A program made the translations under genes and the position numbers. Shown here piece by piece: positions 25,998 through 34,679 of a DNA stretch of 64,000 nucleotides (within the stretch, counting starts at the first letter, position 1; each line of letters starts with the position of its first letter). The notes under the pieces are model-generated. The model ran no database searches. It worked only from the letters and a program-made list of their open reading frames with translations, and was not told where the DNA came from. The stretch comes from a virus, in IMG/VR virus record IMGVR_UViG_3300020158_000335, positions 11,155 to 75,154 of that record. One strand, written 5' to 3'.

Positions 25998-26129
25998 TTC
26001 TTTTTCATCTTTTTTACAAGTGCTGATTCCAGATTTAAAACAATCCGGATATCCGTATCAAGAACGTCTCGGAGGCCCTGTCCGGCCCACAGACACAAAT
26101 TATCAATGATGGTCTGCCACGAATGACGG

Positions 26130-26906
26130 CTATACCAATGGAATGTTGACGAAACCCCGAAACGGAACCCTCAAAAGGGTCTCACTCCCAACTTCATCGC
26201 ATGAAACACGGATGATTAAAAATATCCGTCCATCGGTAGTATCCACCACGGACTCAAGGCCGTGTTCCATTTCCAGCGTTTTTTCAGCCACGGTATCAGA
26301 CAAGGACTCCATATCTGACATGTTCATGGCCATAATTTTCTTTTCGTTTGCTTCGATTCTGTTTTCGTCAATCCCGACGCTGAAAAATGATAGGCTCCGG
26401 ATCAGCGCTGCCAGCCTGATTCTTGAATGGATTGCATTGGCGTCTTTTTTGTCCATACCAGGAACGATGTTCCGCCGCATCAACTCCAGCGCTTCCATAT
26501 CCGATCCAGTTAATGGCCGGACAACAACAGGCTCGCCGTTGTGCGTGAATTCACGTTCTGGCTTGCCGGATATTGATTTATAATTCTCAGCAAGCTTTTT
26601 CATGTCATAAGATATTGCATGGTTCTTTCCGCAATACCCGCAATCGTACCGAAACTGTGCGGACGAATCAGATGTCGTATGCAGCCAATACCAATAAAGG
26701 CCCAGGCGTCTGTCGTCTGCTGTCCAGGTTTTCGAGCTGACAAAGCCATCTCCCGGCAATTGCACACGATCCAGAAATATCGTTGTGATGGTTTCTTCCA
26801 TTTCAGGGTCAACGTCACAGAAATCAAGTGCATCGGCAACTGTGGCCTCACGCATGGATATTTTTTTAAGCTGCTTACTGGGTAGGGAAAACGGGGGGAT
26901 GTTCAT
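26130..26906 (-). CDS. Baseplate hub assembly protein (T4 gp26 / P1 PmgB-like)
   Basis: LPS..MREATV..CGYCG..VVRPLTG. Confidence 0.65.
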   Translation of the reverse strand: MNIPPFSLPSKQLKKISMREATVADALDFCDVDPEMEETITTIFLDRVQLPGDGFVSSKTWTADDRRLGLYWYWLHTTSDSSAQFRYDCGYCGKNHAISYDMKKLAENYKSISGKPEREFTHNGEPVVVRPLTGSDMEALELMRRNIVPGMDKKDANAIHSRIRLAALIRSLSFFSVGIDENRIEANEKKIMAMNMSDMESLSDTVAEKTLEMEHGLESVVDTTDGRIFLIIRVSCDEVGSETLLRVPFRGFVNIPLV

Positions 26907-26938
26907 TTGAAATCCTTTCAGATTGTTTTTTTAGTTGG

Positions 26939-27568
26939 TTATGACTTATTTGTTCTGCTTTGCACAAATACAATAGGGAATTCGATATTCCCGCATTCAT
27001 CACGGCTTTCTGTAATTTCTCCCAGCTTGGTTGGAATCACCCACCAGGAGTCGCAGGATTCCGGTGACACCTTTTCTTTATCCACAACTTTCAGCCTTTT
27101 CCCGTCAGCACCCAGGTTATATTTTTTAAGCAAAAACTCAATTTCGCCCAACGGCTTTATCGTTCCGTCTGTATCTATGATATTGCCGGTAATTTTTTTA
27201 AACCATTCGTAGATTTCGCGTTTTGAATTATCACGCATAGTCATAGTTATGGTGGTCGGTGATACTGCAATCGGAAAATTAAATGTGTGTCCGCCGATTT
27301 TCTCGGCTTCCATTTCGATTGCTATGGGGTCGTAAGTCACGTCTTTGACGTACATATCAAAATCAGCGACAGGTTGAAGCTTACTTTCAACAGATGGAAA
27401 CGCATATTTACCGTCTGGTGTTGTAATATCTGTCGAGATAGGGCCGTTCACTGTCGTTTTCGTTAAGGTTATTTCGCCTATCACAATCTCAAACTGCCAG
27501 CCATGCCGAAACGGGTTTTCCTTCAATTTCTGGACTGCTTGTTTCAAGCTATCGAAATCTTCTGCCAT
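26939..27568 (-). CDS. Tail tube-fold protein
   Basis: ITMTMRDN..IYEWF..EFPIVF; synteny. Confidence 0.55.
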   Translation of the reverse strand: MAEDFDSLKQAVQKLKENPFRHGWQFEIVIGEITLTKTTVNGPISTDITTPDGKYAFPSVESKLQPVADFDMYVKDVTYDPIAIEMEAEKIGGHTFNFPIAVSPTTITMTMRDNSKREIYEWFKKITGNIIDTDGTIKPLGEIEFLLKKYNLGADGKRLKVVDKEKVSPESCDSWWVIPTKLGEITESRDECGNIEFPIVFVQSRTNKS

Positions 27569-27596
27569 AATGCTTCCTTGCAGTTGATAAAATGGT

Positions 27597-28139
27597 TTAA
27601 AACACGGACATCATGGGGACAATCGCCATGTTGTCTTCCATGTATGCTTCGATTGTGGTCTTGCGGTCAACCATATCGGCATTCGACGGAAGTTCCGTTT
27701 GCATCCCGGTCGAGATCGCTACAGCGCGGGCGCGTTCGGTGTTTGGGATACCAATCAACGCCACGATATAATCAATCAGAATACCGACAATGCCCGCTGG
27801 CAGGTCGGTATCCAGATCATAATCTCGTAGGTTCACAAAATAATAAAACGTGTAAGGCGGATAACTGTTTGTGTCTTCTTCAACTGATAGATTCGTTTCG
27901 TCCTGAATGATTTCATGAAATCTGCTGTTTTTGTCGCTGGCATAAATAGCAGATAACATGTCATCAGGGATCGCCACAAATGTCTCAATATCGGTTGATT
28001 TTATGGTTTTTATCACGCCGGCCTTGTCTTGATAAACCCCAAGCGCTCGGCGTAATAACGATTCAAGTTTGTCGCTGTCACTGTGATAAAGCGGCGTGAA
28101 TTGCGACGTTGCGGCTTCTAAGGCTTCGGTTGGGGTCAT
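27597..28139 (-). CDS. Putative head-tail adaptor (P1 PmgC-like)
   Basis: FTPLYH..LLRRALGVYQDKAG..ALIGIPNTER. Confidence 0.55.
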   Translation of the reverse strand: MTPTEALEAATSQFTPLYHSDSDKLESLLRRALGVYQDKAGVIKTIKSTDIETFVAIPDDMLSAIYASDKNSRFHEIIQDETNLSVEEDTNSYPPYTFYYFVNLRDYDLDTDLPAGIVGILIDYIVALIGIPNTERARAVAISTGMQTELPSNADMVDRKTTIEAYMEDNMAIVPMMSVF

Positions 28140-28660
28140 GATGATGCCGGGAAATAACTGCCGTGAAGGGTTCCGGATAATTTCAATGGCACAGCGTCTT
28201 CTACCGACAAATCCGCGCCGTCAAGTTCAATCCAGCAATCTGTAATCACCCATTTACGGTTTGTTGTCGATGTAGCGGTTGCCTCAGATCTCAATTCAAG
28301 AGTAACTTCAAAATATTTCTTCCCCTTTGTCCAGGCTTTCAGGATTTTGTACGCTGCCCCTTTTACGACTTCCCTGAATGTGATCGCCATTTCGATTTCA
28401 TTGATGAAACGACCTTGCTGGATTGATCTAACACCCATCTGCCCGACTGTCTCAACGACTTCGCGTTTAATTGCCGGAGTTGTCGCTGCCTGTACCAAAT
28501 ACGTCAGGCCAGAAGCGTCGATGCTTGTGTCGTCACTTACTATTGTCATCCAAAAATCTTGCGCCCTGGCTGCCTCTCCTTTATCCAATAGCCCAGTATC
28601 GTAAGATGTTCTTAAAAGAGCTAATGCTGCTGATGGTGTTGGCCCAGAAATACTACCCAT
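28136..28660 (-). CDS. Tail tube-like protein, paralogue 2
   Basis: Shares long identical blocks with 28674-29171. Confidence 0.65.
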   Translation of the reverse strand: MGSISGPTPSAALALLRTSYDTGLLDKGEAARAQDFWMTIVSDDTSIDASGLTYLVQAATTPAIKREVVETVGQMGVRSIQQGRFINEIEMAITFREVVKGAAYKILKAWTKGKKYFEVTLELRSEATATSTTNRKWVITDCWIELDGADLSVEDAVPLKLSGTLHGSYFPASS

Positions 28661-28673
28661 GTCAAACTCCTTT

Positions 28674-29171
28674 TCAGCTTGGTAGATAACTACCGTGAAG
28701 GGTTCCAGACAATTTTAGCGGCACGGCGTCCTCTACAGATAAATCCGCACCATCAAGTTCAATCCAACAGTCTTCTATTTTCCAAAATCCATCGGCACCG
28801 TCTGCGGCTACACCTTGTGTTTCTGATTTCAATGCAATGGTAACTGTCTTGTATGCTTTGGTTTCAGACCAAGCATGTAAAGCTGTATATGCCAAGCCGC
28901 TTACGACTTCCTTAAACGTAATAGCCATTTCAATCTCGTTGATGAAACGGCCTTGCTGAATTGATCGCACGCCAAAAGGCCCGACCACTTCAACGACCTC
29001 TCGTTTGAGCGCCGGTGTTGTCGCTGCCTGAATTAACCAATGTAAGTTAGCATCACCGTCCACAGTCATCACAAAATCCTGAGCGCGTGCCGACTCACCA
29101 TACGATAGCATTCTGCTGTACGATTCGCTTAGCAATGACATACTCGCTGTCACACCACCTGAAATTGCCAT
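28674..29171 (-). CDS. Tail tube-like protein, paralogue 1
   Basis: QAATTPA.KREVVE..GVRSIQQGRFINEIEMAITF..DCWIELDGADLSVED. Confidence 0.65.
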   Translation of the reverse strand: MAISGGVTASMSLLSESYSRMLSYGESARAQDFVMTVDGDANLHWLIQAATTPALKREVVEVVGPFGVRSIQQGRFINEIEMAITFKEVVSGLAYTALHAWSETKAYKTVTIALKSETQGVAADGADGFWKIEDCWIELDGADLSVEDAVPLKLSGTLHGSYLPS

Positions 29172-29219
29172 ATTTTACCTCTCTTAAATTATATCTTCCG
29201 AAACCTACTCGGTTATGTA

Positions 29220-29894
29220 TTACGTTGTTATCTTCCCGTACCCTTTTTCCAGGTCAGACCTGGTAAGCGCTTCCATCGTTTCGATATGCAAAGAAACATC
29301 CGCCCGAAGCAAGTAGCCGCGCTTATCTTTTTCTTTATCATAAGATGAAGACAAGCTTCTTATGATGCAGTTTGTGAGAATCACTTTCCGGGCAATGTTT
29401 ATATCAACCGGCAGTGGAACACGGTTATTAAGTACTCCTTCTGGTAGCGTGCCATTATATATTTCCTCAGCCACATCCATAAGATTCGGGGCCATGAACA
29501 TCTCAAGAGCCTCGATTGCTTTTTCAACGTATTGATCAAACGGGTCGGCATCTGTACCTTGTGCTTGACATAACGCCCGCAGCTTCATCACTATATTGAA
29601 CGTGTACGGCTGATTTCCAGACCATATCTGTTGACTGTTTAACTTCGATTGTGTCGATAAGCCCGTTACCATCTGGAAACCTGCACCCATTTTCTGGAAT
29701 TTGGATTCAAGGCTCGTATCTGCAAACGGCATTTCCCAGTTGGAAACGATTTCCCTGGTGGTGCCTTCTCCGATATATCCGATCACGCAAGTGTTACCCT
29801 GTGAAATCCATATTTTATGGAAGTCGGATATCCCGTCGACTATCTGAAACGCGCCATACCATTTTGTAATGGGTGTTTTTGTGGTTTCAGCCAT
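29220..29894 (-). CDS. Tail tube initiator/baseplate protein
   Basis: SNWEMPF..QIWSGNQP; tail module synteny. Confidence 0.55.
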   Translation of the reverse strand: MAETTKTPITKWYGAFQIVDGISDFHKIWISQGNTCVIGYIGEGTTREIVSNWEMPFADTSLESKFQKMGAGFQMVTGLSTQSKLNSQQIWSGNQPYTFNIVMKLRALCQAQGTDADPFDQYVEKAIEALEMFMAPNLMDVAEEIYNGTLPEGVLNNRVPLPVDINIARKVILTNCIIRSLSSSYDKEKDKRGYLLRADVSLHIETMEALTRSDLEKGYGKITT

Positions 29895-29900
29895 ATCGTT

Positions 29901-30602
29901 TTATAGACCCATCGTTTTTCTGAGCTTCATACTGTGTTTACGGTTACGAATCGCAGACGAGGTGTGGGATTTAAGCCGAGCCTTTTTAAGCGCAGCTCGT
30001 GTTCCGCTGGATATCTGGTGGTGTATCCTCTTCAACTTTTTTTTGCCCCATGACATGACACCGCCCAGGATTTTCTTGACCATAGATTCCATTATCTGGC
30101 CGCCCCTGCTGTTGTTGTCCCCAGCCACGCCCAGAACGTAATTGCTGATAATGTCTTCATCAGATGTTTCCATTGCACCGATTTTCTCGGCAAGCATCGC
30201 GCCCATAGTCGCCCCGGTGTCAGAATCTTCGTCACCGATGAATTTTCCGATGGCATCCGCATCAGCACCAAGAGACGCAAAGGCATCACCTACAGCGCCG
30301 AACATGTCATTGTAATAATTCTCTTCATCGCCGCCTTCCTGGACTTCACCGTCACCATCCAGATCGGCGTAACCCTGGATAAACGTATCAAGTGAATCGA
30401 ATGAAAAATCACCTTCGCTCACCCATCCCAAAGCCACAGCCATACCATGAGACATCAATTGTTTTGTCGCAAAATCGTCAGCCGCCGCAGCCCCGCCGTC
30501 GTCCTCATAGATTGCCATATCAAGCTTCTTTTCCCTGGGAAATGACGGCATGTGTTCATCGTCAAGCTCGCCCATTTCATCGTATATGCAGAATTCACTC
30601 AT
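29901..30602 (-). CDS. Acidic morphogenesis protein with basic C-terminus (prohead core / PmgG-like)
   Basis: Acidic body, then IMES, then AALKKAR.KSH..A.R.RK.SMK.R. Confidence 0.55.
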   Translation of the reverse strand: MSEFCIYDEMGELDDEHMPSFPREKKLDMAIYEDDGGAAAADDFATKQLMSHGMAVALGWVSEGDFSFDSLDTFIQGYADLDGDGEVQEGGDEENYYNDMFGAVGDAFASLGADADAIGKFIGDEDSDTGATMGAMLAEKIGAMETSDEDIISNYVLGVAGDNNSRGGQIMESMVKKILGGVMSWGKKKLKRIHHQISSGTRAALKKARLKSHTSSAIRNRKHSMKLRKTMGL

Positions 30603-30629
30603 GCGTTTTATCCTTTCTTCAAACGATAT

Positions 30630-30678
30630 GAACCGGTTTCAGTTGACAGCCTTTACAAGCAGCCAACTGAAACCAGAT
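30630..30678. terminator. Intergenic hairpin after the sheath gene
   Basis: ggtttcagttg ... caactgaaacc. Confidence 0.5.
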
Positions 30679-30684
30679 TTTTAA

Positions 30685-32439
30685 TTACAGAACCATAATC
30701 GGCTGGCCAACAATTCGCCGTGCGGAGCCTGTCGGGCAAAACGACCATTCGACAAGCCATCTGTCGATTTCAGGTTGGGTCACCAGGAAGACATACGGAT
30801 TCGTATCAGTTGCGGCATACGCATTGACTGAATACGGTGATGCAGTAAACATCGAACGAGGCGGAGATAACGCCCCTGATATAACCAGGTCTCCCAGGAT
30901 TTTTGTCATACCGCGCGTCAAGCCATCAGCGGTAAGGCGATCCGGTTCGTGCTGGAGCTGCGAGGCCATTTCCAGAAAACGATAGTCGATATAATTGGCG
31001 ATCCGGTTCACCCAGACAAAACGGCTGTAGTTTTCGAGGGAGTTCAGTGTCAGCGCATCATCAATAATCGCACCACCTGTCGGGCCAGGTACAATCGGGT
31101 TGATCCGAAGTTCAACCAGTGCATCCCGATCCACAACATCTTCCGGATAAATAAACTCAATCGCCGTTCGGCTAAGCCTGCCTCTGATACGGCCCGCCGG
31201 AGAGTAATGGATACCAGGGGTTTCACCGGAATAATTGGCGTCCCCATTCGCACAGGCTGCGACAACAGCGCCGCTTGCGCCCCATATCGTTTTCCCGCCG
31301 TACCATTCATCATTGGCGGCAATCGGGCAGTGGTAGGCCGCTGCAAAACGGGTGTCAAACGCTGCGCTGCTGATCCATCCGGAAATTACTGATTGATTCT
31401 GATAACAGGGGACATCAAGGAAAAACATGGTATGTCTGAGTTCTGCAATATCAATACAGTTCTGCAAAACATCCATATCATAGCATCCAGCCGCAAACAT
31501 CAGATAGGCCGTAACCGCCTCGCTGCGGAACATGTCCCAGGCTGCAATCCATTCCTGAGTCGTCGGGACACCACCGTTGCTTCCGCCTTCAAATGTCGTT
31601 TTTGTCGCAAGTTCAGCAACCGCATTAATGCTGCCAATTGCATCAGCCCAGTCGTTACTGACGTTCCAATCACAGCGGAACCGAACAGATCGCTCTTCAA
31701 GAATGGTTTCGATGAAAACGCTTCTGCCCATATCGTCTTTGTCAAGCGGATTAACGCCCACAGTCCAATATTCGAGCAGGTATTCAATACCGCGTTCATC
31801 CTTGTCGAAAAACTGAATCGTAAAGCGCTCTTTGTCAGTATTGACGGCGGTAATCTTGAACGACCGATTAAGGCAAGGATCACCATCAATCGGATAAATC
31901 GAACAAAGATATCCGGTCTCGGCCGCAATGGGCGTACCATAAGAGTGATTGCTTTTTTCGACCGGGGATTCAAACGCATCCCATTCAGTCGCCGCCGATG
32001 TCGGTTCGGTCGATGAGGACGTATGAGCGGTAACACAGATCAATTTTGCTGGGCCAGTAATGGCCACAACATCACCCACAACATACGGGGTCGTTTGCGT
32101 CCAAGCGTCTTTGTCCTGTGTAACCAATATTTCAAGTGAAGGAAACGCTGCATCAGCGCTAACCACACGCACGGCATTGACGTAAATGCACTCTTTGGCA
32201 GCATCGTTTAAATGACGCAGCCCTTCCATCTGGGTACGATCCGCAATGGTCTTGGAATAAGGTTTCCCGAACACAGTCTCCCAGGTTTGATAATTTACCT
32301 GGCAGACTTTGCCCACTGGGCCTTTTTGCGCCTGGATGACAGTGGCCCCGATTGACACAGGCCCGCCGCCAGTTTTCAGCGTATTATCAATCAGGCGGAG
32401 AACTGTAATCCCCGCCGCATTTGTTACGATACTTTTCAT
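30685..32439 (-). CDS. Tail sheath protein
   Basis: KGPVGK..VRVV..FEGG..SPAG..RG..RINPI..VNRI; small CBM-like insert WTQTTPYVVGDVV. Confidence 0.9.
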   Translation of the reverse strand: MKSIVTNAAGITVLRLIDNTLKTGGGPVSIGATVIQAQKGPVGKVCQVNYQTWETVFGKPYSKTIADRTQMEGLRHLNDAAKECIYVNAVRVVSADAAFPSLEILVTQDKDAWTQTTPYVVGDVVAITGPAKLICVTAHTSSSTEPTSAATEWDAFESPVEKSNHSYGTPIAAETGYLCSIYPIDGDPCLNRSFKITAVNTDKERFTIQFFDKDERGIEYLLEYWTVGVNPLDKDDMGRSVFIETILEERSVRFRCDWNVSNDWADAIGSINAVAELATKTTFEGGSNGGVPTTQEWIAAWDMFRSEAVTAYLMFAAGCYDMDVLQNCIDIAELRHTMFFLDVPCYQNQSVISGWISSAAFDTRFAAAYHCPIAANDEWYGGKTIWGASGAVVAACANGDANYSGETPGIHYSPAGRIRGRLSRTAIEFIYPEDVVDRDALVELRINPIVPGPTGGAIIDDALTLNSLENYSRFVWVNRIANYIDYRFLEMASQLQHEPDRLTADGLTRGMTKILGDLVISGALSPPRSMFTASPYSVNAYAATDTNPYVFLVTQPEIDRWLVEWSFCPTGSARRIVGQPIMVL

Positions 32440-32825
32440 ATTTTTCTGCCTCTCTTTTTGGGCTTTTGGGATTTAACTCTTGGGGCATCCGTTTTTTCAG
32501 GGCCGGCCTCGGTTATGGGTTCGGGATCAATGAATTCAACGGGATCGACTGGATCAACGGCTATGGCTTCCTCCGATGTAGAATCGGTATCCACTGTGTC
32601 AGGCGGTTCCACGGGCTTATCGGGATTTCTGATACAGACCGTTTCATGCATCTGCATCTGAGCGGCTGGCGCTTTTTTCGCCAGGATATCCGCAAACGCC
32701 CGCACCTGAGCATCTGATGCAAAGTCAATTTCGATGGATCCGAAGGCGGGCAGTTTGATAACTCTACCCGCCTCAACAGGGATGTCTCTGGAATCACAAT
32801 GATGGTTTGTAATCGTGATTTTCAT
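32436..32825 (-). CDS. Hypothetical protein between capsid and sheath
   Basis: Co-oriented ORF overlapping the sheath start. Confidence 0.6.
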   Translation of the reverse strand: MKITITNHHCDSRDIPVEAGRVIKLPAFGSIEIDFASDAQVRAFADILAKKAPAAQMQMHETVCIRNPDKPVEPPDTVDTDSTSEEAIAVDPVDPVEFIDPEPITEAGPEKTDAPRVKSQKPKKRGRKI

Positions 32826-32835
32826 ACCGATACCC

Positions 32836-34437
32836 TTAAATCGCGTTGATGTTCAGCGTCATGAAATATTCCCGGCCATTGAATGGCTGTAGGTCGCGAT
32901 ACGCCAGTTCCCACAGAGTGTTTTTGTAGGTCAAATCTCTCTGGATTGCATGGCGGAATGACATTGCGGGGATCGCATCACCCATGACATATCCGGATTC
33001 ACCAATGCCCCTGCCTTTTGCATAACAGAGGCAGGTATAATCGGTTGCATTCGGGTCACAGTAGAGTTCCCAGGTATCAAACAGCGTGCCCACATAGTGA
33101 GGCTGCGGTACGGATTTATATCCGGATGCAGGGGTAAAATACGGTGCTGGCATAGACCGGAAAATGGTAGAAGACATAGAATCTGCAACAACACCGACAA
33201 GCCCGGACGTTCCGGTTCTTAGCAGTAAGGTCGAATCGACTCTCAGAAGCGCCTCAAGCAAGCCCTTCCAGTAATAATGGATGTCGCCCAGGTTATCCAC
33301 GGCCGCCTTGTCCCAGGTTTCCTCACCTTTGGCAAAAAAGACCAAATCCCGGAGAACTTTTCTGTCTTTGTCCGCTGCCAGAAGGTTTCTCATGGACGTG
33401 GTTACAAGCTGCTCAGAGTTCAAATCGAATTCCCGGCGAACTGCCCAAAGCGCCTGGAGTGTGGTATCTCCGGAGATTGCGGCTTCGTGGGGATATAAAA
33501 CCCTTGAATCCATTTCGGTATTGACCAAAGGAATCAAGGTCGGTGCTTTTTCAATATCCACGTCAAATCCGATATGAACAGCAATACCGTTTGCCGGAGC
33601 AATACTGAAAGTCGGGTCAACGACGCCTGTCGCATAAACAACTGTCCCGGTAACTGTTACGGTAGAACCACCGACAACAAATGACCCGGAGAGATTGCCC
33701 AAACCGTCGTCTTTTGCTACCTGGTTATGATCGTGAAAAATCTTGATGGATTTTTTCTTCATCGGGTGAACCGCGCCGAATTTAACGTTCGAGTCGAACT
33801 TGAACTCATCAGCCGATCCCGTATTAGTGCCGTCCCCGGTGCCTGCAAGGTGCCGCTGATCCATACTGGAATACTGGCCCTGGTAATCAAAATTAAGCTG
33901 TTGGCCCAGGGTGATGTCCCCAAAGGTGCTGCCTGCAACTCGATTGATTTTGAAAACTTCGGACTGGTTGTAGCTCCCAGGGATGAAAGAAACGATATTT
34001 CCGCAAACGCTGTTCAGCATTACGGGTAGGATAAGGCCAATCAGCCTATCTCTCATAAGCACGCCGTCCGTGGTAGCCATATCAGCGGATTCAAAGACCA
34101 TCCCACCAGGTGCGGGCGCTTTGCCAGCCATCACGTCGAACGCGTTACAGATAGCAGCGTGAGCGCTTGCAAGCTGTTCATCGGTAGGCTGTTTGTGCCT
34201 TCGCGCCATATACCGAAGTACGGCATTTGCAGCAGTTCCCTGCACGGTTCCAGCCGTTTTTCCAGCCATTTCAAAAATACTGCCGCTGGTTTTGGCGTTC
34301 AGGTTAGCATCCCGAACGGCCTTGTCTTTGATAAGATTGCCACTTCCGGCCATGTCAATCATGGGGTCTATGAGACACTCTCTCATGTGTTCTGCGCGGG
34401 TCGTGATATCCGCAACTCTATTTTTGTACGCTTCCAT
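32836..34437 (-). CDS. Major capsid protein (P1 gp23-like)
   Basis: 533 aa; FDVDIEKAP.LIP, HYVGTLF, GYVMGDAIPA; upstream of the sheath gene. Confidence 0.8.
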   Translation of the reverse strand: MEAYKNRVADITTRAEHMRECLIDPMIDMAGSGNLIKDKAVRDANLNAKTSGSIFEMAGKTAGTVQGTAANAVLRYMARRHKQPTDEQLASAHAAICNAFDVMAGKAPAPGGMVFESADMATTDGVLMRDRLIGLILPVMLNSVCGNIVSFIPGSYNQSEVFKINRVAGSTFGDITLGQQLNFDYQGQYSSMDQRHLAGTGDGTNTGSADEFKFDSNVKFGAVHPMKKKSIKIFHDHNQVAKDDGLGNLSGSFVVGGSTVTVTGTVVYATGVVDPTFSIAPANGIAVHIGFDVDIEKAPTLIPLVNTEMDSRVLYPHEAAISGDTTLQALWAVRREFDLNSEQLVTTSMRNLLAADKDRKVLRDLVFFAKGEETWDKAAVDNLGDIHYYWKGLLEALLRVDSTLLLRTGTSGLVGVVADSMSSTIFRSMPAPYFTPASGYKSVPQPHYVGTLFDTWELYCDPNATDYTCLCYAKGRGIGESGYVMGDAIPAMSFRHAIQRDLTYKNTLWELAYRDLQPFNGREYFMTLNINAI

Positions 34438-34535
34438 AGGTGCTTATCCTTCTATTTTGGGTTGATATTTTTGTGCATTCAGTTTGAATGATTGCTTATT
34501 TACGTGTTTTTAGAAGGATGTAAAGACAACCGTAG

Positions 34536-34553
34536 GCAGATACGGCTATGTAG
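34536..34553 (-). promoter_or_regulatory. Candidate late-promoter motif copy 3
   Basis: gcagatacggctatgtag upstream of the capsid gene. Confidence 0.45.
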
Positions 34554-34679
34554 ATTTAAAGTTGTTTTTTTGTTTGCAGGGGGCGGTTTTAGGGTCAAAA
34601 ATGGGGGAGGGATAAAACAAAAACGGCCCGCTGATTGAAAACCAGCAGGCCGGGGGTTATGGATGGGGGTGTCGGGGTG

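Noticed and set aside
22765-26109. Many plus-strand ORFs opposite the tape-measure gene and other long genes
   Set aside because: Antisense shadows of repetitive coding sequence with no promoter or RBS, unlike 1804-2037
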